Positions 19,719-27,302 of a stretch of 64,000 bases of DNA are shown here, in pieces. The stretch spans positions 1,504,001 to 1,568,000 of the forward strand of contig OZ250165.1 in assembly GCA_965238005.1 (NCBI GenBank). Direction: 5' to 3'. The stretch's first letter is position 1; every line of letters starts with the position of its first letter. The notes under the pieces are model-generated. The model was not told the origin of the DNA. It saw only the letters and a list, made by a program, of their open reading frames with translations, and did no database searches. The stretch comes from Longimicrobiales bacterium. Its GTDB lineage: Bacteria; Gemmatimonadota; Gemmatimonadetes; Longimicrobiales; Gaopeijiaceae. Made by a program: the position numbers and the translations under genes.

Positions 19719-19913
19719 TTATGCGGCTGGGCTGTTGGAGGCGGGCCGGGATTCGAGCCAGTCGGACACGTCCTCGGCCTTCCAGCGGACTGCCCGCCTG
19801 CCGATGCGGATCGGGCGCGGAAACCGGCCCTCGCTCATCAGCCGGTAGATCGAAGCGCAGGATAGATCAACGGCCTTCTCGACGTCGGGGCGCCGCATCA
19901 GCTTCGGAAACAT
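19719..19913 (-). CDS. alpA: AlpA-family regulator/excisionase
   Basis: LMRRPDV...DLS.ASIYRLM..GRFPRPIRIG.RAVRW...DV.DWL; GGAG RBS. Confidence 0.9.
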   Translation of the reverse strand: MFPKLMRRPDVEKAVDLSCASIYRLMSEGRFPRPIRIGRRAVRWKAEDVSDWLESRPASNSPAA

Positions 19914-19999
19914 TGTTGGGTCTCCTTGCAAGTGCTTGTGACTTCGCATGGAGACACGATGACGACGGGAAGGCGGCCCCGTGAGTTGGTAGAATTCAA

Positions 20000-20530
20000 C
20001 TAATTGTTCCCACCACTCCAGGACACGTCGTCATCCCGGTTCCGCCTGAGCCAGATATCCCGGTAGACATCGTTGTGATGAATGGCCCCGCCCACGAGGC
20101 GACAGGCCTCCATCACACCGAGGCCGAGCCCTTGAAGCTCGAAGATCGTGTGTACGACTAGCAGATTGCGCAATGCTTTCGCCGGCCGTCCGGGTTTCCC
20201 CGGTGGGGGCTCTGACCTTGTTCCGTCTGCGACGTCCCGCACCCATTCCTGGAACCCGGGATCGTCCACGGCGGCCTGAGCCCATTCGCGGTCTTGTGCG
20301 GGGAGATTGGTCGGGTCTCGGGAGACCTGTAGCAGGCACTGCAACGCCTGCCAGCAGGGGCGATCATCCTTACTCCGGTCGATGAGATCCTGAAGGTCGT
20401 TTCCGATTTCGGCCCCTTCGTTGACATCATGCGTGACGGCGAGGATTCTTTTGAGCCTCTTGACCTCGGGACCGTTCTCGTCGAGCGCCTCTTTCAGCCC
20501 CAGCAGGACTTCCGCGACCCGCTTATTCAT
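20000..20530 (-). CDS. Hypothetical protein between integrase and alpA
   Basis: MNKRVAEV start overlaps the integrase stop; GKPGRP followed by an HTH-like C-terminus. Confidence 0.55.
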   Translation of the reverse strand: MNKRVAEVLLGLKEALDENGPEVKRLKRILAVTHDVNEGAEIGNDLQDLIDRSKDDRPCWQALQCLLQVSRDPTNLPAQDREWAQAAVDDPGFQEWVRDVADGTRSEPPPGKPGRPAKALRNLLVVHTIFELQGLGLGVMEACRLVGGAIHHNDVYRDIWLRRNRDDDVSWSGGNN

Positions 20531-21660
20531 CGTTTGCCTCCGATGTACCGCGCCCAATCGGCCATGACTTCGCGGCGGCGCTCGTACAGCGTCCCGCGAT
20601 CGTAGGCCGCCTGCACCTTGTCCCGGACCGCGTGAGCAAGCGCCCGTTCCGCGAGCTCGGGGGCAACGGCGGTGTCGCCGCACCATGTCCTGAACGATGT
20701 TCTGAACCCGTGCGGAACCGCTTGGACGCCGTTCTCCCGGAGTAGCTTCGTCAGGGTCATGGCCGACAGCGGCCGCCCGGTCGGGGAAGGGAAGATCAGC
20801 CCTGAGCCGTCCGCGATCTCCCGCGCCTCGTCGAGAACTTGGAGCGCGGCCGGGGCGAGGGGAACACGGTGGGGACGGCCCGACTTGGTGCGACGGCTGG
20901 GGATCGTCCACGTGTCTCCGTCGATCTCCGTCCATTCGGCCAGCCTTGTCTCCCCGGATCGCGTCGCGGTGAGCGTCAGGAACCGGAAGGCCAGCTTCGT
21001 CTCGATCCATGCGTCCGAAGCCTCCACCCTTGCCAGCGCGGCCCGGACCTCTTGGTGGGGGACCGCGCGGAAGTGCTTCACCTTGCCCCCGTTCTTCGGC
21101 AGTGCCGCCCCGATGGCGTCACCGGCCGGGTTGTCCTCGCGGTAGCCTTGGGCTATTGCCCACTTCATGACTGCGCCGATGCGCTGGCGCACCCGCCGGG
21201 CAGTCTCCCTCTTGGTGCTCCAGATCGGGAGCAGAACGGCCATCACGTCGGCGGTGTTGACCTGGTCCACCCTCTTCCTCCCGATACGAGGGAAGGCGTA
21301 GGTCTTTAGGCTGGCGCGCCACTGGGCTTCGCTCTTGCTTCCCGGCCGCCACGCCTCAAGGTGAATCTCCAGAACCTTCTCCAGTGCGCCCTCGAAGCTG
21401 GGGGCCGTGGTCTTGAGTGCGCGCGGATCGCCACCGGCTCGGGCGAGTTTCTTGTACTCGAACGCCGCCTGGCGCGCTTCGGCGAGCGCAGTGTAGGGGT
21501 AGCCGCCGAGGCCCAGGTCTACCCGGCGGCCCCGAACGGTGCCGCGCCAGATCCATTGCTTGCTTCCGGTGGGCTTCACCCGTAGGATCAACCCGTGCTC
21601 ATCGTAGTAGAGTCCGGGCTTCGCGTGCTTCACGCTGGCCGCCGTGAGTCGCTTTGGCAT
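20527..21660 (-). CDS. int: P4-like tyrosine integrase with arm-binding domain
   Basis: GLILRV..GSKQW..LGGYP...LAEAR arm domain; catalytic TRSGE, TK, HGFR, LAH and AY motifs. Confidence 0.95.
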   Translation of the reverse strand: MPKRLTAASVKHAKPGLYYDEHGLILRVKPTGSKQWIWRGTVRGRRVDLGLGGYPYTALAEARQAAFEYKKLARAGGDPRALKTTAPSFEGALEKVLEIHLEAWRPGSKSEAQWRASLKTYAFPRIGRKRVDQVNTADVMAVLLPIWSTKRETARRVRQRIGAVMKWAIAQGYREDNPAGDAIGAALPKNGGKVKHFRAVPHQEVRAALARVEASDAWIETKLAFRFLTLTATRSGETRLAEWTEIDGDTWTIPSRRTKSGRPHRVPLAPAALQVLDEAREIADGSGLIFPSPTGRPLSAMTLTKLLRENGVQAVPHGFRTSFRTWCGDTAVAPELAERALAHAVRDKVQAAYDRGTLYERRREVMADWARYIGGKR

Positions 21661-21677
21661 CGTTCGATTCCCCCGCT

Positions 21678-21701
21678 GTGTCCTACGCCGTGTCCCACAC
21701 T
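21678..21701 (+). promoter_or_regulatory. Putative integrase arm-type binding site pair (right)
   Basis: GTGTCCTACGCCGTGTCCCACACT, matching 11652-11675. Confidence 0.6.
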
Positions 21702-21829
21702 GTATTCGAGAATACACGCAAAGGCGTAAGAACACAAGAGTACGAAGGGGAACGTAACCCGAAGGTACTACAGGGATTTAGAGACTTCGCGGGAACCTAC
21801 GGGAACACCTGAAAACCATAAGAGAGGGA

Positions 21830-21843
21830 CGCCCCCTCCGCTA
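21830..21843 (+). repeat. attR core, duplicate of the tRNA-Ser 3' end
   Basis: CGCCCCCTCCGCTA lies ~170 bp upstream of the integrase start. Confidence 0.85.
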
Positions 21844-21865
21844 TTGTGGGACAACGACTTACGGC

Positions 21866-21904
21866 AAAAGGCCCGCCCGCCGAAAACCGGCAGGTGGGCC
21901 TTTT
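21866..21904. terminator. Bidirectional terminator-like hairpin
   Basis: AAAAGGCCCGCCCGCCG-loop-CGGCAGGTGGGCCTTTT. Confidence 0.5.
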
Positions 21905-21924
21905 GGCAACGGTTTTGGCAACGG
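21901..21924 (+). repeat. 12-bp tandem repeat, possible arm sites of a second island
   Basis: TTTTGGCAACGG x2, ~60 bp beyond attR. Confidence 0.55.
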
Positions 21925-21958
21925 CTACCGCGGAATGGGACGTTGGCCCGCAACTGCC

Positions 21959-22085
21959 TCAAGGGTGTCCAGGGCCCCGCTCCGGCTCATCCACGAGCGA
22001 TCGAAGGTGCTCGCGGGAGAGGTGTGTATAGCCCATCGTGGTGCGTAAGTCGGAGTGACCAAGACTCTCCTTCACGTGCACCGGA
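21959..22085 (-). pseudogene. C-terminal fragment of a tyrosine recombinase
   Basis: VKESLGHSDLRTTMGYTHL box II motif; upstream part missing. Confidence 0.8.
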
Positions 22086-22099
22086 TTCTTCTCTTCGGC

Positions 22100-22318
22100 C
22101 AACTTGTAGAGATCGGGTCGAGCCGCGGATTCGATTTCACCGCCGAGGAGATACTTAGCGTGCGCAGCACCGCGCTCGACGACGAAGAGCTGACCGACGA
22201 CGCCCTTGAGGCCGTGGCTGGCGGCGGCCAGGTCCAGGATCCGGAGGCGTCGAGGGTGACCAGGACCAAGAAGGAGAAAGTGCAAAAGCTGGACACGACG
22301 GAAATACTTCGGCCCTAG
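22100..22318 (+). pseudogene. Nif11-like leader RiPP precursor, 5'-truncated
   Basis: LVEIG..RGFDFTAEE..ELTDDALEAVAGG double-glycine leader, then a 30-aa core. Confidence 0.7.
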
Positions 22319-22433
22319 CGACACCGCGATGGCGAAGCGGTAGCGCCTGAGAAAGTCCACGGCAGAGTCCTCGAGTGGAGTTGACCCGCTTTGGTGGACA
22401 CCTCAGTAGTGAGGGAGACAGGAGGAGTCCACG

Positions 22434-22748
22434 ATGCCAAGAACACATGCGCCGTACCCGCCGGAGTTTCGGCGGCAGATGGTCGAGTTGGTCAGGTCGG
22501 GCCGCTCCGTGGAGGAGCTGGCCCGGGAGTTCGAGCCCTCAAACGGGGCGATACGGAACTGGGTCAAACAAGCTGACTTGGATGAAGGCCGTCGCAGTGA
22601 CGGGCTGACGACGGAGGAGCGTGGGGAACTCAGGCAGCTTCGGCGTGACAACAAGCGTCTGCGCATGGAGCAGGAGATTCTAAAAAAAGCCGCCGCCTGG
22701 TTTGCTCGGGAGAGCAACTCGATCCCGGAACGGGGTTCGAGTTCATGA
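22434..22748 (+). CDS. IS3 transposase OrfA
   Basis: YPPEFR HTH and ILKKAAAWFA; A7G -1 frameshift site at 22682-22689. Confidence 0.92.
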   Translation: MPRTHAPYPPEFRRQMVELVRSGRSVEELAREFEPSNGAIRNWVKQADLDEGRRSDGLTTEERGELRQLRRDNKRLRMEQEILKKAAAWFARESNSIPERGSSS

Positions 22749-23596
22749 AGACGAATCAGGCCGACTTCCCTGTGCGGGCGATGTGCCGTGTGCTGGATCT
22801 CTCCCCCAGCGGCTACTACGCCTGGTTGGATCGCGAGCCTTCGGCTCGGGCGAAGCGAGATGAGGAGCTCACAGAGCGGATCGAGACGGTCTGGCGCGAG
22901 AACCGAAGGGTCTATGGCCGGCCCCGCATCTACGCGGACCTCAAGGAAGCTGGCGAGCGGGTCGGTGAGAAGCGGGTGGGCCGGCTCATGAAGCAGGCCG
23001 AGATTGTGGGAGCTAGCCGGAGGCGGCGCGGCCCGAAGACGACCAGGCGCAACGAGGACGCCCGTCCCGCGCCGGATCTCATCGAGCGGGACTTCAGCGC
23101 AGACGGGCCAGACCAGTTGTGGGTGGCCGACATCACCTACATCCCGACCTGGGCGGGGTTCTTGTACCTCGCGGTTGTGCTCGACGTCTGGAGCAGGCGG
23201 GTGGTCGGGTGGTCGATGGCTACGCACCTGCGCACCGAGCTCGTCCTGGACGCGCTGAACATGGCGACCTGGCAGCGCCGGCCCGAATGCGTCATCCATC
23301 ACAGTGATCAGGGAACCCAGTACACCTCGATCGCCTTCGGCCTACGCTGCAACGATGTCGGTGTGCGGCCCTCGATGGGCTCCGTGGGCGACGCCTACGA
23401 CAACGCGATGTGCGAGAGCTTCTTCGCGACGCTCGAGTGCGAGCTACTCGACCGGCAGCGCTTCCGGACCCAGGCCGAGGCGAAGATGGCCGTGTTCGAC
23501 TTCATCGAGGGCTTCTACAACCCCCGGAGGCGACACTCGGCACTGGGTCAGCTGTCGCCCATCAACTTCGAGCGTCGCCACGGAGCGGCAGCATGA
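22745..23596 (+). CDS. IS3 transposase OrfB (DDE)
   Basis: WVADITY, HHSDQGTQY, DNAMCESFF and YN.RRRHSALG motifs. Confidence 0.93.
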   Translation: MKTNQADFPVRAMCRVLDLSPSGYYAWLDREPSARAKRDEELTERIETVWRENRRVYGRPRIYADLKEAGERVGEKRVGRLMKQAEIVGASRRRRGPKTTRRNEDARPAPDLIERDFSADGPDQLWVADITYIPTWAGFLYLAVVLDVWSRRVVGWSMATHLRTELVLDALNMATWQRRPECVIHHSDQGTQYTSIAFGLRCNDVGVRPSMGSVGDAYDNAMCESFFATLECELLDRQRFRTQAEAKMAVFDFIEGFYNPRRRHSALGQLSPINFERRHGAAA

Positions 23597-23720
23597 GAAA
23601 CCTGCGTGGCCAAGTTGCCCTTTACTCCCCCGCTGCGCGGGGGAAGCTTTCCTCTCCCCAGCGAGGGGGACAGACTATAAACCTCAGTGTTCACCCGTCC
23701 ACTGAAACGGGACAGCTCCA

Positions 23721-24955
23721 CTTCTGTCTTACGCCCGAGTGGGTGCTGTCGATCAGGTTGGTCGAGCCCAGGCACTTCCTCAGCCGCGGCGGGAGGCCGA
23801 GCCGGTTGATCGTGAACATCTCGCTGAGGCCTTCGCGTAGGCTGGCCGAGGCCGAGGGGTGGTCGCGCTCGAGCCATCGGGCGAGCTGCTCGAGCTTCTG
23901 CTCGCCCTGCTTCGCGTCCAGCTTCATCGCCGCCCGGAACGCCGCCTTCACCTGAGGATGCTGATCCTTCGGCAGATGACCCAGCACGTTGCGGAGCTTG
24001 TGGTTGCGGCAGCGCTGGATGGGGTGACGTTGGCCGAACACCTTCTCGATCGCCTTCCTGGGCGCTTTCGAGCCATCGATCACGAACAGCCGCCGCCTGC
24101 CCGGGTCCAGGCCGCGCTCGACCAGATCCTCTAGGAGCGCGCTGGTCACCTCGGCGTTCTCACTCGCTCCTTCCCTCACGCCCAGCACGTGCTTCTTTCC
24201 GTCTGAGTCCAAATCTAGGGACACTACCAGCAAGGGTGCGAGCCCATCTGGATCCCGTCCAGGTAGATCACCAGGAGGTCCCACGCATCCAGCCGGCGCT
24301 CCATCAGCTCCTTCAGCACGCGCTCCGAGGCCTCGACCGTCTCACGGCTCACCGCCGACTTGCTCACCCCGACCGTGTCGGCCATCTCACCGATCACACG
24401 GCCGTACTTCCGCGTGCTCACCCCCGCCATCAGGACCTCGAGCATCCGATCCGCCACGGCGCCCGGTCTCCGCATCGCTGCGTACGCCGGCACCTCGACC
24501 TCGCCACCCTCCCCGGCGCCCCGGCGCCTGAGCCGTGGCCGCTCCACACGCACCTTCCGGTCCGACAGGTAAACCACACCACCCTGCCGGCCATACCACA
24601 CCGTGTCGTCTTCCGCTCGTGACCGACCTGCCTGCTTCACGCCTGCCACACCCTCGGCGCTCATCTCCAGCACCGCTTCGATCGTCGCTCGTCCCATCAC
24701 CTGGATGACTTCGTCGATCGCGACCTCCGTCTGCTCCACGAGCTCAAGCATCGGAAGCAGAAACTGCCCCTCCCGCTTCAGGAACTCCCTGATCGCGCGC
24801 TTGTCCGCCCGATCCCTTACCTCGTACGTTCTCTTCATCGTGGTGGCTCCGTGTTGGGGTTTTTGCCTACCCGAGCCTATCGGCCCGGGACCCCCGGAGC
24901 CACCACTTTTCTTTCTCCCCTATCAGGAACCTTCAACTACGGTTGGGACAGCTTC
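23721..24955 (-). mobile_element. IS256-family element, frameshifted and 3'-truncated by the IS3
   Basis: GVSTRK, VSKSAVSR and IYLDG (24224-24838), then FVIDG, QRC..HK.RN and STNLID in another frame; frame break near 24230. Confidence 0.85.
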
Positions 24956-25185
24956 TGAACCAGGCACCAGGGTTGCCAGCCTTCACGCATACGCCGTTCC
25001 ACGCTTTGCGGAGGCTCTTGATGGGCTGGCCCTTCCGGTGGAACACCGTCCGCACGATGGTGCCCAATGTTCGTTGCACCCGTTCGGTCCTCTCTCGCTG
25101 CTCGCGGATGAGGGCGGCTAGTTCAGGGAGTGCGCGGAAGGGGATCTCGCGGCCTTCATTGTTCTTCGTGGTGCCGGGCTCCCAC
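24956..25185 (-). pseudogene. Internal fragment of a phage-type tyrosine integrase
   Basis: EPGTTKNNEGREIP...VFHRKGQPIKSLRKAW..C.KAG.PGAWF, cut by IS256 just before the expected HxxR motif. Confidence 0.7.
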
Positions 25186-25969
25186 TGGCCTCAAGTAGTG
25201 CGGCAAGTGCTTGAGCACAGCGCGATGCTCCTGGCGCTGAACGTCGCAACGACGGTGCCTAAGGAGTAGCCGCCTTACCCCCAAACGGGACCGAACACCC
25301 GAACAGTCGCGCCCAGCCGAGGCGTGTTATGGGTGGGGTGGTGGGGCTTGCACGATGAGGACGCGGCTACACCAACAACGTCCAGATTCCATCAGTTACC
25401 AGAGCAGACCACTTCCCACATCGACTCTCCAACCCGTTTCGGGGCGGACGGGTAAGGGAGGGCTACGCCCTATTGACTTTCTTCGCCTTATAGATGCTGC
25501 GCGTCCAAGATGTCGACCGGCGGGCGCAGCGTGTGACCTACATGCTCAGCGCGCCAGTAGCGATAATCGCTCGTCAGCGGGTGGGGGCGCTGGATTTAAC
25601 GGAAGACGCCGCGACCTCTTCTGCGTGTGCGTATGCCCGTTTCCAGGACCTGAAGTGAGCATCGTCGGGGCTGTCCGTCCCGTCGAGCCACGCAGATATA
25701 TCCTCCGAAGAGACCACCTCCGACGAGCCCATCAACACCGCAACCACGTTATCATCCGGCCCCGGCGATCGCGGCGTAGACTCTAGTGAGCCTACCGACT
25801 TTCCTTCCCAGTCTCGAAGGTAGCGCGCCAGGTGGCCGGGGGAAGGTAGTCGCTCCACCTTGCGGCGGTTGAGTCAGTGGTGGAACAATAGTCTTCGCAA
25901 TTCGCTCTCCGGCCGTGATGTCTGTCACACGGCCGGCACGGCCCTTTTTTGGGAGTGTCGGAGGAACAC

Positions 25970-26920
25970 ATGAGACCATGGACCCTTCTTTTCGGCTCCG
26001 CGTTCACCGTTGCGCTCGTCGGTTGCGCCGACTCTCCGACCCCCGCGCCGCCGGAGGGCTACGTGGAGGTCCCGGGCGGCAGGATCTGGTATCAGACCCT
26101 CGGTGCGGAGTCGACCGGTACGCCCCTCCTCGTCATTCACGGCGGACCTGGCTTCGGCAGCTGCACCTATGTCTCGACCCTCACGGGGATCGCCCAGGAC
26201 AGACCCGTCATCCTCTACGATCAGCTCGGGGCCGGACGATCGGATCGCGCGGACGATACCTCCCTCTGGCAGATCCCCCGCGAAGAAGTCGATGCGCTGC
26301 GCTCGGCTCTCCGGCTGGACGAGGTCCACGTCATGGGGCATTCCTGGGGAGGCACGGTGGCGATGGAGTACATGCTCACGCGACCGGAGGGGGTGCGCTC
26401 GGTGGTGTTCGTGGGACCGATGTTGAGCACGTCTCGTTGGGTGAAGGAATCCGTCGACTTGATTGGACAACTCCCTCCGAGTCTGGCCGAGGCCTTGAGG
26501 CGGGGTGAGGCGACCGGTGACTACGCGTCGCCGGAATACCTGGCCGCGACCGATTCCTTCTACGCTCGATTCCTGGTGCGCAGCGAGTGGCCGTGGCCGG
26601 TTCTTCCGGGCTGTGAGGAGGATCCCGGTGTAAACATGCAGGTCTACGAGCACATGTGGGGACCGACGGAGTTCACGGCGACCGGAACACTGCTGGACTT
26701 CGATCGGGTGGGCCGGCTGCCGGAGCTCGATTTGCCGGTGCTTTTCGTCGTCGGCCGCTACGACGAGATCCCGACCGAGACCGTGCGGGAGTTCGCCGGA
26801 CTCGTTCCCGGGGCCGCCTTCGAGATCATCGAGGATGCGGGCCACATGGTCAACATCGATGGCACGGAGGCGTTCAACTCGGCGGTCGCCGCCTTCCTCG
26901 GCGACGTAGACGGCCGCTGA
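25970..26920 (+). CDS. Proline iminopeptidase-family hydrolase, lipoprotein
   Basis: LVGC lipobox, HGGPG, YDQLG.GRS, GHSWGG, MWGP.EF...G.L and AGH motifs. Confidence 0.88.
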   Translation: MRPWTLLFGSAFTVALVGCADSPTPAPPEGYVEVPGGRIWYQTLGAESTGTPLLVIHGGPGFGSCTYVSTLTGIAQDRPVILYDQLGAGRSDRADDTSLWQIPREEVDALRSALRLDEVHVMGHSWGGTVAMEYMLTRPEGVRSVVFVGPMLSTSRWVKESVDLIGQLPPSLAEALRRGEATGDYASPEYLAATDSFYARFLVRSEWPWPVLPGCEEDPGVNMQVYEHMWGPTEFTATGTLLDFDRVGRLPELDLPVLFVVGRYDEIPTETVREFAGLVPGAAFEIIEDAGHMVNIDGTEAFNSAVAAFLGDVDGR

Positions 26921-26926
26921 GGGGCG

Positions 26927-27080
26927 TGAACCGCTCCGGGTTCATCGGAGACTAATTGAATTGAGTATCGCGAGCTCGGGTTGAGCATGCAAGTGACGAT
27001 AGTATGCTTCCTCGAACTCCACCGGAGGAACATGCCCGATTGGTCCTAGGAGGCGGTGATAGTTGAACCACCACACCCGA
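26927..27080 (-). mobile_element. IS3-family right-end remnant
   Basis: TGAACCGCTCCGGG terminal IR; WWFNYHRLLGPIGHVPPVEFE OrfB C-terminus. Confidence 0.8.
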
Positions 27081-27302
27081 TCACACCTCGGTAATCGAAC
27101 AGTTTGTGTTGCACATTGGCAACGCCTTCGGCGAGCTGGCAGTGACCTCCGCTCCGAAGTGACTGGGATACTCGGCTGGACTCTCCTCCGCCGGGAACAG
27201 GTCAGAGAATGCGAATGACGAGCAGCCGCCCGCCGGATACGAGATCGGCGCCGGCAACGGCGCCTCGCGGTGAGCCCTCGTTGCGGCCTTGGGTTCAGCA
27301 CG

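Larger units (their letters stand above)
11598..21843 (-). mobile_element. Integrated tailless phage satellite (capsid-forming PICI-like), ~10.2 kb
   Basis: Bounded by att repeats. Integrase, AlpA and a full HK97-type head/packaging module lie on one strand; no tail or lysis genes. Confidence 0.85.
22376..23720 (+). mobile_element. IS3-family insertion sequence
   Basis: TG...CA ends with imperfect IRs (TGGAGTTGACCCGCTTTGGTGGAC vs rc TGGAGCTGTCCCGTTTCAGTGGAC); orfA and orfB; no target duplication. Confidence 0.92.

Noticed and set aside
11598..21843. Interpretation as a defective prophage or gene transfer agent
   Set aside because: Both att sites, arm-like sites and all ORFs are intact, with no tail remnants; integrase plus AlpA is unlike a GTA. 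Not fully excluded without comparative data.
25300..25900. ORF 25574-25858 and a TTGACT promoter-like stretch
   Set aside because: No recognisable motifs or RBS; probably island debris.
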